The translations under genes were made by a program, and so were the position numbers. The notes below the pieces were generated by a model that saw only the letters and a list, made by a program, of their open reading frames with translations, ran no database searches and was not told where the DNA came from. A stretch of DNA of 64,000 bases from Isurus oxyrinchus (taxonomy: Eukaryota), in assembly GCA_026770705.1 (NCBI GenBank), contig JANJGN010000008.1:74214001-74278000 (forward strand), in the 5' to 3' direction. Positions 13,517 through 27,330 of this stretch are shown here, piece after piece; the stretch's first letter is position 1, and each line of letters opens with the position of its first letter.

Positions 13517-14038
13517 GTCCCTATCTCGGACCTCTAACCCACTGCCGCCCCACCACCAGACCCCCAGACCTCCGACCCACCTCCCACCCTCCCCCCCAGA
13601 TCACCCCCAACCCCCAACCCCCAAATCCTGTCCATTTACCTTAGACACTTATCTAACCTGTCAATTTCCCTGGCCCTTGAAAATTACCTGTTTTACAACA
13701 GCAAGTGTCATAAAAAGGGGGTGTTGCCTCCTTGAATGTGCTGGATCTAGGCTTGGCAGGGGCCTGCGAGGAGTCTTTTGATGCAAGCCCCAAGCAGCTC
13801 TGATGAACGGAAGTGTCAACGCAATTTTCAAGGCCAGGTAAGTATTCATTTATTTCTTCTAATTCCTGCGGGCCTGCACTTTCCAACACTTGTCTCCCGT
13901 ATTTGTTTACCTTTGTATTGGAGTGTCGCATGCAATGTACCTTTAACTGGGAACTTGATGTTTGATGTTGTGGGCGGCATCAGGCATTATGTCACCAGCC
14001 ATGGTTCCTTATCCAAGAGGACCATAACATTGGCCCCC
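13517..14038 (-). mobile_element. Fragment of the non-autonomous TIR family seen at 49168-50584
   Basis: 13630-13725 is reverse-complement homologous to 49360-49448; C-rich repeats; end ATAACATTGGCCCC. Confidence 0.6.
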
Positions 14039-14047
14039 ATGCCTAAT

Positions 14048-17000
14048 TTAAGAACATACATAAGAACATAAGAACTAGGAGCAGGAGTAGGCAATTCAGC
14101 CCCTTGAACCTGCCCCGCCATTCAATATGATCATGGCTGACCTTGTTTCGGCCACAACTCCAATTTCCTGCCTATACCCATAACCTTTCAACCCGTTACT
14201 AATTAAGAATCTGTCTATCTCCTCCTTAAATTTATTCAGTGTCCCAGCATCTGCTGCACTCTGAGATAGTGAATTCCACAGATTCACGACCCTTTGAGAA
14301 AAGTAATTCCTCCTCATCTCTGATTTAAATCTACCACACCTTAGCCTAAAACTATGGTCTCTCATTCTAGAATGCCCAAAAAGGGGAAACATCCACTCCA
14401 CGTCTACTTTGTCTATCCTCTTTTGTATCTTATATATCTCAATTAGATCTCCTCTCATCCTTCTAAACTCCAGCAAGTATAGGCCTAAACTGCTCAATCT
14501 CTCCTCATAAGACAAGCCCCGTATCTGTGGAATCAACCTAGTGAATCTCCTCTGAACTGCCTCCAATGCAACAACATTCTTCCTCAAGTAAAGGGACCAA
14601 AACCGTGCACAGTACTCCAGGTGCAGTCTCACCAATGCCTTGTACAGTTGCAACAACACTTCCCTATTTTTACACTCAATTCCTTTAGCAATAAATATCA
14701 AAATTCCATTTGCCTTCCTTATTACCTGCTGTCCCTGCATACTAGCTTTCAGCGATTCATGCACGAGGACATCCAGATCCCTCTGCACTGAAGCATTCTG
14801 AAGTTTCTCTCCATTTCAATAATAAGTCGCCTTTTCATTCTTCCGACCAAAATGGATAACCTCACAGTTATTCACGTTAAACTCCACCTGCCAGATTTTG
14901 GCCCATTCACCTAACCTGTCCATATCCATTTGTAAATTTCTTGTTCCTTCATTGCAACTAACTTTCCCACCTATTCTGGTGTCATCTGCAAATTTAGCTA
15001 CAGTAACTTCTATCTCTGAATCCAAGTCATTAATATAGATTATAAATAGTTGGGGCCCAAGGACCGAACCCTGTGGCACACTATTAGCTGCAGCTTGCCA
15101 TCCAGAAAAAGACCCATTTATCCCAACTCTCTGCTTTCTGTTGGTTAGTGAAACCTCAATCCAAGCTAACACATTACTCCTAACTCCATGTGATCTTATC
15201 TTGTGTATTAATCTTTTGTGCAGCACCTCATCAAAGGCCTTCTAGACATCCAGATATACTACATCTATAGGATCCCCATTATCCACTTTGCTTGTCATAT
15301 CTTCAGAGAACTCTAGCAATATGTTCAAACATGATTACTCTTCATAAAACCATCCTGACTCTGATGGATTGCATTTTGACTTTCCAAATGCCCCATTACT
15401 ACTTCCTTAATAATGGATTCCAACAATTTCCCAAGGACAGATGTTAAATTAACTGGTCTATAGTTTCCTACTCCCCGCCACCGCCCCCCCCCCCCCCCCC
15501 AACCCCCCTTACCATCTTTCTTCCTCTTTGGAATATTTCTTATTTGGGAGGAATTGAATAACTCCTTAAATATCTGCCACTGTTCATTAACATTTTTCCA
15601 ATCCACTGGAACCTTTCCAGAATTAAGGGCATTTTGGAATATTATAGCCAATGCATCTGTGCTGCCACTTCCTTTAAGACCCTGGAATGTAGGCAATCAG
15701 ATCATTGGGACTTGTCACCCTTTAATCCCAATAGTTTGCTCAGTACATTCTCTCTAATGATGGTGATTGTTCTAAGTTCCTCCTTCTGTATACCCTCTGG
15801 ACTACATGTTACTATTGGGGTGGTACTAGTGTACTCCACCATGAAAACTGAGGCAAAATATTGATTAAGCATCTCTTCCATTTCTGCATTCCCCACTATT
15901 AACTCCCCGGTCTCATCCTCCAAGGGACCAACACTCACTTCAGACACTCTCTTTCCTTTTATATACTTGTAGAATCTTTTGCTTTCACTTTTTACATTTT
16001 GCGCTAGTTTTCTTTCATAATTTACATTTGCTCTTTTTAAAATTTTTTTTAGTAATCTTTTGTTGATCTTTAGAAGTTTCCCAATCTTCCAGTCTGCCAT
16101 GACCTTTACAATTTGGTATGCCTTAGTTTTTGCCTTAATGTTATCATTAACTTCTTTGCTTAGCCGTGGATGTTTTTCCCCCTCTTACCATCCTTCTTGC
16201 TCTTTGGAATATTTTTTATTTGGGAGGAATTGAATATCTCCTTAAATATCTGCCACTGTTCATCAACTATCCTACATTGTAGTCTTCCTGCCCAGTCCAC
16301 TCAGGCCAAATCTGCCCTCATGCTTATGTAGTTACCTTTGTTTAACTCCAGAACACTAGTGTGGGACTTAAGTTTCTTGCTCTCAAACTGAACTTGAAAT
16401 TCTAGCACACTATGATCACTCTTCCCTAGATGATCCTTTACTATGAGATCATTAATTAATCCTATCTCATTACACAAAACCATCTCGAGAATAGCCTGTT
16501 CCTTGGTGGGTTCCACAACATATTGCTCCAAGAAACAATCTCTAATACACTCTATGAACTCTCCCTCAAGGCTACCTTTGCCAATTTGATTAGTCCAGTC
16601 GATATGCATATTAAAATCACCCATGATTATTGCCGTGCCTTTCTTACATGCTCGCAGTATTTCCTGGTTTATACTGTGCCCTACTGCTGAACCACTGTTT
16701 GGGGACCTATAGATTACTCCCACCAGGGACTTCTTTCCCTTGCTCTTTCTTAATTCTACCCAGACTGACTCTACATCTTGCTCTCCAGCATCTATATCAT
16801 TCCTCACTATAGCACTGATCTCTTCCTTTACTAACAAAGCTGCCCCACCTCCTTTTCCTTCCTGCCTATCCTTCCGAAACACTAAGTACTCTTAGATATT
16901 CAACTCCCAAACCTGTTCTCCTTGAGCCACATCTTATTAATCGCCACTATTTATCTCTATTTGCGCTCTTAACTCATTAGTTTTATTCAAATTGCTATGC

Positions 17001-18195
17001 GCACTCAGATACAAAGACTTTAAGTTTTCCCTATTGTCAATTTTCCCTACTATTATATGGTTCTTTGGTGCAATATGGCATTCACACACTCTGTCCCTTC
17101 CTTTCACTTTTTGGTGACAATCAGCCTCGTTACTAACCTGCACTCTTACCCTCTCCTTAAACTTTGATTTTTTTATATTTCCATGCAACTGAACCCTCCC
17201 TCCACTATTTAGTTTAAAGCCCTATCTATAACGCTAGTTATGCAATTCACCAGGACACTGGTCCCAACCTGATTCAAGTGGAGCCCGTCCAAACAGAATA
17301 GCTCCCTCTCTACCCAGTACTGGTGCCAATGTCCCATGAATTCAAACCCATTTCTCCCACCCCAATCTTTGAGCCACACATTTACCTCTTTAATCTTATT
17401 GAACCTGTGCCAATTAGCTCATGGTTCAGGTAGTAATCCGGAGATTATTACCTTTTTGGTTCTGCTTTTTAATTTAGACCCTAGCTGCTCATATTCCCTC
17501 AGCAGAAACTCTTTCATCATTTTACCTATATCGCTCGTACCTATGTGGACCATGACAACTGGATCTTTCCCCGCCAACTCCAAATCCCTCTGCAACCCAG
17601 CTGAGGTATCCTTAGCCTTGGCACCAGGTAGGCAACACAGCCTTCAGGACTCTCGTTCCTGGCTACAGAGAACAGTATCTATTCCCCTAACTATAGCATC
17701 CCTGATTACAACTACGTTTCTCTTTTCTCCTCCCACTTGAATGGCTCCCTGTACCAACGTGCTATGATCAGTTTGTTCATCCTCCCGACAGTCCCCACTC
17801 TCGTCCGCACAGGGAGCAAGAATCTTGAAGCTGTTGGATAAGGGCAAGGGCTGAGGCTCCTGCAGTGCTACTTCCTTGATCCCTCTACCTGCCTCACTCA
17901 CAATCACACCCTCCTGTCCCTGACCACTGGCTGAATTTAAGGTAGTTAATCTAAGGGGTGCATCTGTCTCCTGAAACACAGCGTCCAGGTAACTCTCCCC
18001 CTCCCTGATGTGTCCGAAGCTCAGACTCCAGCTTATCAACTCTGAGCCGGAGTTCTTTGAACAACCAACTTTTGCTACAGATGTGGTCACTAGGAACCAC
18101 AATGGGGTCCACCAGCTCCCACATCATACAGCTACAACACATCACCTGACCCTGCATCTCTATTTTATTTAATTAGTTTTTCAAATTGTTTTTAA
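14048..18195 (-). mobile_element. Near full-length CR1 LINE (ORF1 and ORF2, disrupted) inserted in the Gypsy element
   Basis: ORF1 MQGQVMCCSCMMWEL..HICSK and esterase; EN RKDRQEGKGGG, GDFN, SDH; RT PQGSVLGPQLF, KFADDT; (TTCTTATG)n tail at about 14050-14075. Confidence 0.95.
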
Positions 18196-18659
18196 ATTTC
18201 CTACTGTTTAAAGTTGGTGAGGTGACCATTTACTGATTTTCCAAAAAGAGAATCCAGGATCCTTAACATCACCATAGAAGCATGATTGGATCTCTTCCTG
18301 GTGTGGTACCTCAATCTCATGGATTGTCTTGGGATTCTCCGCTTATCTGGGTGTCTTAGCATTGCATAGCTTTCCAAAATGTCCCAGGTGGTTGCAGTTG
18401 AAAAACTGCACTGAGATTGCTGGACATTGCTTTCGCCTGTGAGATTGTTTGACTCCATGTGACTAACATATCGCCCACCTTCTTATGGTTTGTCTGGGTA
18501 TTTTCTTCCTTGGCCTGATTCTCCCTTCCCCTTTGTTACTTTACTGGCTGGACAGTTGGGGTTTCTCTGTATCATGGCTTGCTTTCGTTCCTTAAAATGA
18601 ATCGGTTCTGATGGCAGATTTCAGACTGACTATTTGGATGGCCATTTCTAGATCTAGAT

Positions 18660-19048
18660 CTTCCTTATACATATGAACATACAAACAAGGGGCAAGAGTT
18701 GGCCATTCAGCCCCTCACGCCTGCGCTTCCACTTAATAAGATCATGGCTGATCTGATAGTAACCTGAAATCTGCATCCCACCTCCCCCCGATAACCTATC
18801 ACCCCCCTTGCTTACCAAGAATCTATCCTCCTCGGCCTTAAAACTATTCAGATTCTGCTCCTCCACCTTTTCAGAAAGGGAATTCCAAAGACTGAACAAC
18901 TCTCAGAGTGAAAAAAATTTTGCCTCATCTCTGTTTAAGTGGGCAACCCCTTATTTGTAAACAGTGACCCCTCGTTCTAGACTCTCCCACAAGAGGAACC
19001 ATCCTCTTCATATCCACCCTGTCAAGACTCCTCAGGATCTTATATGCA
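18660..19048 (-). mobile_element. CR1 3' fragment
   Basis: SLWNSLSEKV..FKAEEDRFL; CR1 3' UTR. Confidence 0.85.
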
Positions 19049-19054
19049 GTTTTT

Positions 19055-19365
19055 TTCATTCATTCACAGAATGAAGGCTTCGCTAGCTGGGCCAACATTT
19101 ATTGCTCATCCCTAGTTGCCCTTGAGAAGGTGGTGGTGTGCTGCCTTCTTGAACTGCTGCAGTCTATGTGGTGTAGGAAGGGAGTTCCAGGATTTTGACC
19201 CAATGATAGTGAAGGAACAGCGATATATTTTCAAGTCAGGATGGTGAGTGACTTGGTGGGGAGCTTCCATGTGGTGGTGTTCCAATCTATCTGCTGCCCT
19301 TGTCCATCTAAATGGTAGTGGTCGTGGGTTTGAAAGGTGCTGTCTAAGGAGCCTTGGTGAATTCC
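19055..19365 (-). mobile_element. HER1-like LINE 3' fragment
   Basis: NSPRLLRQHLSNPRPLP...GSKSWNSLP...FKKAAHHHLLKGN; (TGAA)n tail. Confidence 0.85.
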
Positions 19366-20832
19366 TGAAGTATGTCTGAAAGGGCAATGTCAGCCACTCC
19401 AACAACAATTCTGCCCCTTATGAGTTCTGACTTAAGGTCACAGCTTTCATTCTTTCTGTATAATTTGTTTATAAAAGGGTCAACCGGTTCCCTTGGTTGT
19501 TGGATACATTTGTTGAATTTTGCTCTCTCGAAAATTTTGTTGCTTCTTAGATTAAAATATGTATCAAATGATTTTAGAGCTTTATCAAATTTATCTGAGC
19601 ATTTGCCTATTCCTTGTCTCGCAATAATATAATTGGCTATTGGACCTACTGAAAAAAGTACTGTATTTACTTGTTCAGCTTCTGTCCTTTTATCTAATCC
19701 TGAAGCTGTCAAGTACTTTAAGAATCTTTTCTGCCAAAGTCCCCACTGTTGTGTTTACTTTGGCCCTTGGATCAGTCCAAATTGGTCTGCTAATGTTGAT
19801 TTGTTGTTCCTTGTTGCTTTAAAGTTCAGGTGAGTGCAGTTTTAAATGCTGAGCAGGTTTTAAAGATGGTGCCCCAGTAACCATTTTTTCAAAGAGTCTT
19901 CCAATGTTTGTCATATTTTAGCCGGCTCTCACGAAGATGGCAGCCCTGATCTCTTTGGGGTTTAGTTTTTTTGCAGTTAAATCAGTGACTTGGGGTCCTC
20001 TTTGTGATATGAGAGGATTTTGGGGTGTTTTGCAATGGATCCCAGGCTTTGGCTGAGGTTTTTAAACCTTCTGTTTCTTTTTTTTCTAACAATGAGCTTG
20101 ATTGCCACATGGTTTGGTGTCAATTCTGAACCTGGACTGGCTGTGGTGCCCTTGGAAATAGGCTGCTCTGTCTTTTGTACAGCACTGAAACTTTTTAAAC
20201 CAGGCCTGGCTTAGAACTGATTTTTTTTGCCTTCTTCTGCCAGGTCCTTTGACTCTGTGGGCATTCAAAATGGGCCTCCAAGAGATCTTGTGGAGTCCTC
20301 CGTTCCACAATGGAATTTTTTCCTCCATCTCTTTGCTACCAATTCTGCAATGGGGCTTCTTTCAGGCAATCTCTCTTTCTCTGTCTTTACTTCAGTTATT
20401 TTTAAACAGGTCAGAATGCTGCTCCTTTAGTTTTTCTGTGTTTGAGTTACTGCTCCAGCTTATCTGAGGTTCTGGGTTTTTCCATTTGCTGCCACCATGT
20501 TGTATGTTCAGTGTGTCTCATGAAGAGGTTCTGAGTCTTGTATGGTTGAACATTAAGTGTTTATTGATAACACATAACTATGTAGGTATGTACAGGGTAT
20601 AGCTGAAACTTTGAGCTAACTTCATGCTTGTTTCTACACAGGTCTCTGTCCAGTACACAACTGACCCAAGTCTCAGGTCATGTGTCTCTTTACATCACAC
20701 TGTGGGTGGTACTGTTTCACAGTCCTACATTAACCCTTGCTATGCCTGAAACCCTTACACTTCAATGCTTATTTTCCAAATTTGAGCCATGCCAATCCAT
20801 TCAATGAATTTGCATGCCACTTAACAAAAATC

Positions 20833-21835
20833 AAGGCTCAAATCTTCCGCTTTCTGGATTATCAACTGAAGATGCACATCAGGGTCCTGTGGAAGCCCTT
20901 TTGCATGAACCTATGTCAGAATTGCCTGGGAAATTTAAAATTCTTATGGGCTATTCCCCTGGTTACCAGGACTTTGTGCAAATGTCTCTGATGCTGAGCT
21001 ACAGACAGAGCCTTCAGACAAATCTGCAGTACTTTAAAAGCAAAAAACTGCGGATGCTGGAAATCCAAAACAAAAATAAAAATACCTGGAAAAACTCAGC
21101 AGAGAAAAATCTGCAGTTCTTACCTGGATAGTTACCCAGGAAATCTTAAACAGGTTAAAACTAGTCTAACACCCTGGGTAACTACAGAGCTGAAACCACT
21201 GACTAACCACTGCCAACCCCCACCCACCCCCCCCACCCCCCACCATCCCCCACGATCACTCAGTCACCCAACTACCATCCTTAACCAGGTCCAAATAACA
21301 TCATACAACAGCTACCCTCCTGACCAGCCACCTACCCTCCAACCAGACCCAACTATCTCCTCAACCCATCTACTCTCGCAAACCAGACCCGACTACCCCT
21401 TGACCACCCAACTAACCCTGACCACCCAGCTGCCCTCCAACCATCTGATTACCCCCTGACTGGACTCGATTATCTTCTAACGAGCTGACAACCCTCCTAA
21501 CCCTACCCTCTGACCACCTCCCAACCAGCCAACTACCCCCATGGCCCAACTCAACTCTGACCCTGACCACTCAGCTCCCCCTGACTAGACCTGACTACCT
21601 CCCAAGCACCCGACTACTCCCACTCTTGATCCTATTGCCACCAAACACCTCACTAAATAACCGACTCATCCAACTAACCACCTGACTACCTAATCACCCA
21701 AATATCCACCTATCCACCCACCCATCCACCTATCCACTTACCAACCTACCCACCTTAAATACCTACCAAACTCACCGACCTATCCATTCACCCATCTACC
21801 ATGCCCACCTATACATAGTATACCCACTTACCCAA
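20833..21835 (-). mobile_element. Fragment of the 49168-50584-type TIR family with C-rich degenerate tandem repeats
   Basis: GTTACCCAG...CTGGGTAAC hairpin also at 50323-50374; C-rich array 21200-21830 corresponds to the G-rich array on the other strand. Confidence 0.55.
21035..21102 (-). repeat. Short pLTR-end insertion with about 21-bp TSD
   Basis: Exact reverse complement of about 1448-1515; flanks AGACAAATCTGCAGTACTTTA / AGAAAAATCTGCAGTTCTTTA. Confidence 0.8.
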
Positions 21836-22109
21836 GAATACATAATGAGGCTTGGCAACCCAGAAATCCATTAGACTGTTGAAACATATAAGCTTCAGGT
21901 AAAACATTGATTGATTAATAGCTCTGATTCTCTGATCTCTTCTGTCAATTTCACAATGTTTATTTATGCAAGTCAAAGAGGCTTCAAGTGCTTTGAATTT
22001 CTACAATCGATGCCTTCAAGGGTCTAGATGATTGATACTTCTATTGGGCTGTAGCAAAAAGGAGTTTTTTTTAAGAAAATGGGCAGTTATCAATGAAAGG
22101 CTTTTTTAA

Positions 22110-22800
22110 TAAGTTTTTTTTACACATCCTATTGCATGCAGCATGAGGGGTCTTGGGGCTGGGTGTGACATAGCTTGGCATGCGGGAGGGGGCAGGAGGA
22201 GTACCTTTCAAACTTGCGTTTTAAAAGTTCCTTCATGCAGATGATGGTTCACGACACCTCTGCAATGCTGTGAACCACAGCTCTTTCAAAAGCTGGTCTG
22301 ACTCCATGGAATTGCAAAGGACTATGAGATGCCCATTCCTGCAATGGATCGGGCTAGGTTGGGAATACAGGACGTAGGCTCGTGACCCAAACTAACTCGC
22401 ACACTTAAAAGGCCCTGTTGAAAATCAGAAACCCAGAGTGAGGTCAGGAATCCTGGGATCTAGTACCTACTGTCATTTTGACCCCTCCAAGGAGTCTCTC
22501 TGGCTCCATGAAGTCCAGTCCACTGTATCTGTATGACATACTTGCAGCAGCAGGATAGCTGGAAGTAAGAGGAGGCAGTGAGAAATGGGACTGAGACTGG
22601 CAGCATTGGTAGGTGTGGAGTATTTCAATGTTAGCTGTGAATCCTGAGAATGGTGCTGGGTGAATGATGGCAGTGTGGAGAGATTGCCACTGTGGTGGGT
22701 AGGAGACATTATGTGAAGCTGCATTGACTGACCTTGAACACGCTTGTCAAGTCATTAAACTTCTTGTGGCACTGCTGCCAGGTTCTCAGGTCCAGACTTT
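22110..22800 (-). mobile_element. Degenerate Harbinger Myb/SANT-gene fragment
   Basis: 22730-22790 translates RTWQQCHKKFNDLTSVFK followed by a GT donor. Confidence 0.6.
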
Positions 22801-22801
22801 T

Positions 22802-23180
22802 GCCTCTGAGTCACAAGGTTCTGGGTTTAAGTCCCACTCCAGGACTTGAGCACAGAAATTAAGGCTGATACTCCAATGCAGTATTGAGGGAGTGCTGCAC
22901 CAACAGAGGTGCCATATTTTGGCTGAGATGTTAAACAGAGGCCCCATCTGCCTTCTCGGGTGGATGTAGAAGTTGCAATGGCACTCTTCCTAACAAGTGC
23001 AGGGGAGTTATCCCCATTGTCCTGGCCAATATTTATCCTTCGTATTAACATCACACAAATCAGATTATCTGATCATTATTCCATTGCTGTCAATGGGATT
23101 TGCTGTGTGCAAACTGACTGCCATGATGTCTACGTTACAGCAGTGACTACTCTTCAAATAGTAAAATGTTTTGAAATGGC
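22802..23180 (+). repeat. tRNA-derived DeuSINE (SacSINE1-like)
   Basis: B-box-like GGTTTAAGTCCC; recalled Deu-domain sequence GAGATGTTAAACAGAGGCCCC...GGGGAGTT...GTCCTGGCCAATATTTATCC. Confidence 0.75.
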
Positions 23181-24071
23181 TGGTGGTTACTCTTTCAGCT
23201 CAATTGTTAGCTTTTCTTCCATTTTTGTTTCTTTTTATCAGACAGCTGCTTGTAATGAATACAAAATATTGCCAATTAAATAATAATTTTTTTTGGTACA
23301 GAACAGGAAACCCATCCTGGCCAGACACAAGCTGCCTAATGCATCAGAAATAATTTTTTTGTTCAAATCCTGTACAATACATAAGGTACCCAATTAATTA
23401 GAAAGTGCTATGCTGATGAATATTTGATTCTCAATTAGTTTGAACCCAAGAACAGAGAGTGTCACTGGATTTGACTATTCTCCAATATTTATTCAGTTGC
23501 ATATTCAATTGACTGCTCCGGCAGTTGGACTCTGGCAGAGAGGGATTATACTCACAGGTTGGATTGGTGTACTATGATACTGTAGCCCTGTCGAGCTGCC
23601 AACCTCCGCCTTGTGCAGATAAGTAAAGTCTGCTACCTTTTCAATCTTTTTCTTTCATTGAGGGGAGAACATTTTCTCTAAGGAGAACTTTAAAGTCAGC
23701 ACACATTTAAAGTGAAGGGTAAAATTTTAAAGTCATACTTTTCTCATACTGCCATCGCATCTTACAGCAGATCTGGAGGCCATTCATTTCTGTTCCCCAC
23801 TTCCCTGTTCCTTCCCCATAGCCCTGCAAATCTTTCCATCCCCTTGCATCTTTCCATTTTTTTCCTTTGGTATGGCTAGGCTTAATCAATACACAATTGG
23901 ACACTCTCCTCCTTCCTTTTTAATAGTTGTAGCCAATGTGATCCACATCTGACCCAGCTGCACAATTGCCTGTTACCACTGATGACTTAGATTAATTTTT
24001 TCCCCACATTGGCAATAACCCAGGAGAGCTCCCCTGCTGGCTGACTTTTCTATGGTTTCAAAAGATTTTAC

Positions 24072-24570
24072 GAACATAGGTACATATGAGTTAGAGGCAG
24101 GAGTAGGCCATTCGGCCCTTCGAGCCTGCTCTGCCAATCAATAAGATCATGGCTGATCTGACTGTAACATCCCGCCTACACCACATACCTTTTCATCCCC
24201 TTATTTATCAAGAATCTATCTCCCTCTGCCTTGAAAACATTCAAAGGCTCAGTTTCCATTGCCTTTTGAGGAAGGGAGTTCCAAAGACAGCCCTCAGAGA
24301 ATTTTTTTTTCCTCATCTCTTTCTTAAATGGATGACCCTATATTTTTAAACAGTGAGCCCCAGTTTTAGATTCCCTCATGAGGGGAAACATCTTCTCCAC
24401 ATCTGCCCTGTCAAGACCCCTCAGGATCTTGTATGTTTCAATCAGGTCGCCTCTTACTCTTCCAAGCTCCAGCAGATACAAGCCTAGCCTATCCAGCCTT
24501 TCACCATAAGACAACCTGCCCATTCCTGATATTAGTTTAATTAACCTTCTCTGAACTGCTTCTAATTTTG
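24072..24570 (-). mobile_element. CR1 3' fragment
   Basis: LEAVQRRLIKLISGMGRLSYGERLDRLGLY..RGDLIETYKIL. Confidence 0.9.
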
Positions 24571-24712
24571 AACAAGTCTCCATCAAGGACATTGTGATGT
24601 CCAATACTGCATGTACAACTACAGATTGATTAAAATTCATTTTCCATACATTATTATCTATTTATAATTATTTAGTTTAGTTGGGTCCTATCTATTGCAT
24701 GCTTGTCTGTGA

Positions 24713-25010
24713 GCATATGGGAAAGAGATGCTTTAAGTAAGGTTTACTGCAAGAAGTAAAGTATGCTGAATGGAGAGTTCAGGGAAGGGCAGGGAGGAGG
24801 TGCTTTTTTCTTCTGCTCTTTTTCAGCCTCCAGTATTCGATTTCCACTTTGGTGCAACAGAAGGAGCAGGTAAACCGGTAACTGATATTATTAGTTTTAT
24901 CAGTATTGTAAGCACTATATTGTTTTATCAGTGTTGTAAAGTTTCACTGGCAGTGCCAAAACCTATTGGGAAGTGTATGCTTTATTAATCATGATTAATT
25001 AATTAGCAAA
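24713..25010 (+). repeat. CR1 5' UTR fragment; inverted copy of 26938-27232
   Basis: Continuous reverse-complement similarity over about 300 bp. Confidence 0.8.
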
Positions 25011-25129
25011 CAAAATTTATATCATGTTGGCACTCACATCAAATAAACTTAATAATATATGGCGTTAATGGTCACACCAGTAAATATATTAACAAAATAT
25101 GGCAGAACAGAAGATCACCCATGAACAAT

Positions 25130-26779
25130 CCCTCTTGTGCTCATGGTGTCTTAAACTTGCATTTATGAGTGCTGAGTCTTGATGCCGCCCTCACACCACC
25201 CCCACCGCACCCCCCCCCCCCCCCATCGCCACCCCCCCCCCCCCCCCCAGCCCCCCCCACCACCCCCCCCCACCCCCCACCCGCCCCTGCTGGCAGCGAC
25301 ATTGGAGACAGCCTGCCGACTATGCTATCTTGTTGACTTTGATGACCTTGGCAGTCACCCTGTGGCCAGTGGAGCCTTTGCAGGCCTGCCTGGGAGGGAG
25401 CAGCCAGTGCTGGCATCATCACAGCCTCATCAGATGCTGCGGTCACTGGCAGAGGGCAGGAGGAGCTGCTGCTGTCATCCAGAGTGCCCTGAGAGGAACT
25501 CGCAGAAACAACAGGCAACTTGTGAGCCAATGTGAGGTCATTTAAACCTCCCTGTTTGCCACTGATAGACAGACACCTAGCTGGAATACTGGGGGGTCCT
25601 GCATTCAAGTGTGAGCTGGCGATTCTAGGGTAAACAGCAACATGTCATTAGTTTAAATCATCACACTGACACTGTGCATGCCAGGTGCGCTGGTGAGATG
25701 ATGGAGACCCGCATCATGGTGTCAGCGTCTTTCAATGATCAACGGGGACTCCAGGTTTGAGACTGAATGTTTGCACAATCCGACACTCTCACCTCTGTGC
25801 ACTGCACTCTTACCATCATCAGAGACCCCTGCCTCTCCACGATCGGCTGACAGAGGTAGGTGGCAGCTCTCCAGCTCCAAGGCATTCATCTTGTACCTCA
25901 TCAGAATCATCACATTTGCGGGGGGGCTCCTCCTGTTCTTGATCTCTTGATGGTGTTATGGCTTCTCTTCTCTTTGATTAGTCCACTCTCTACCTGCAGC
26001 ACCATTGCAGCCTGGCCAACCCCACCTTGCAGGGGACATCCGAGTCGTGGCCTTCAACCCGCAAGTATCAGGCCAAGCTTCCAGGGCTCACCACCTCTGT
26101 TGGCTCCGGTGTCAGTGACAGATGGCACTCAGATTCTAACATCCCTGAGCTCCACGGGTGGATGGCCAGACCTTAATACTTCTCTACACTGATCCATGCC
26201 GACATGGTACTCACCCTTGCTGAGTGCGGCAGATCGTTGAACCTTTTGCAGCACTGCACCCAAGTGCACCACACTACGTGGGTGGCCGCTGACCTTAGCT
26301 GCCACCTCCTCCCAGGCTTTTTTGATCAGGTGCGGTGGCCTCCTACTGCTGTCCTTGGGTATTAGAGTGTCCCACCTGACACCGACCCCCTCCACAAGGA
26401 ACGCAAGGCACTCGTCCAAGAAAGAGGGGCTGAGTGCCGACCTGACTTGCCCTCCCACCTGACATTTCCAGCCACTGATGAGGCCATTGTTCCAGTCATC
26501 TGGACAGACTCCAGAGATTTTCCCCTGGCAGCCTTCAAGGAGCTGCCTCTGCCAGTTTTAAAGTGCCTGCCGGGTCACAATTGGACCCAACGCCCAACAG
26601 CCTCCCACCCCACCCGGCCCTTCCCTACCATTCAAAGGGCACATTTCAAGCTGGGCAGAGCTTAATTGGCCATCAAGTGTGAAATTTCAATTGCAACACG
26701 ACCGCAGCTGGGAGCGGATTCCACATCTGCTTCTGCTTCTGCTGACTTGTCACGTATGCCAAGTGTGAAATTCAGGCCC
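25130..26779 (-). mobile_element. Harbinger-type element carrying a decayed Myb/SANT-like gene; no transposase seen
   Basis: TIR GTGAAATTCAGGCCC at the right end; PSFLDECLAFLVEGV...LIKKAWEEVAAKVS...QCCKRFNDL with exon/intron-like structure; left TIR not found. Confidence 0.75.
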
Positions 26780-27330
26780 TGGAGCTCAATAACTTGGAGC
26801 CAAAGTCCCTGCAGCCACAAACACTTACTGCAGTTGTATTTACCCTGGATCATGCTGTTATCTAGCAGCACCCACATCCTGCAATTGCAGCACATTACCT
26901 GCTCTGCCATCTCTAATATCTGTTAATTAATGAATAATTGCTAATTAATTACGATTAATAAAGTCTACATTTCCCAATGGATTTTGGCACTGTCAGTGAA
27001 ACTTTACAATACTGATAAAACAAGACAGTACTTACAATATTGATAAAACTAATAATACCAGTTACTGGTTTACTTGCTTCTTCTGCTGCGCCAAAGTGTA
27101 AATCGAATACTGGAAGCTAAAAAAGAGTAGAAGAAAAAGTACACCTCCTCCCCGCCCTTCACCAAACTCCCCACTCAGCAAACTTTACTGCTTGTAGTAA
27201 ACTTTACTTAAAGCACCTCTTTCCCCTTATGCACCGAATTCGCACTTTGAACTAAATTCCCAAATATACTCACTCGGTCTCTGTCTCACTCAGGCCGAAG
27301 ACTCCCCTCCATGACCATGTGCCCCTTACT
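26780..27330 (-). mobile_element. CR1 5' UTR and ORF1 start, cut by the Harbinger element
   Basis: MAEQVMCCNCRMWVLL...CSKCLWLQGLWLQVIELQ ends exactly at the TIR. Confidence 0.8.

Larger units (their letters stand above)
11960..20764 (-). mobile_element. Decayed Gypsy LTR retrotransposon carrying several nested insertions
   Basis: LTRs 11960-12214 and 20498-20764; PBS TGGTGGCAGC next to the 5' LTR; flanks ATGCC/ATGCT; gag remnants 19365-20485 (IFERAKFNKCIQQPREPVDPFI, ELIRGRIVVG) and 18200-18650; RT/RH/INT remnants 12290-13515. Confidence 0.85.
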
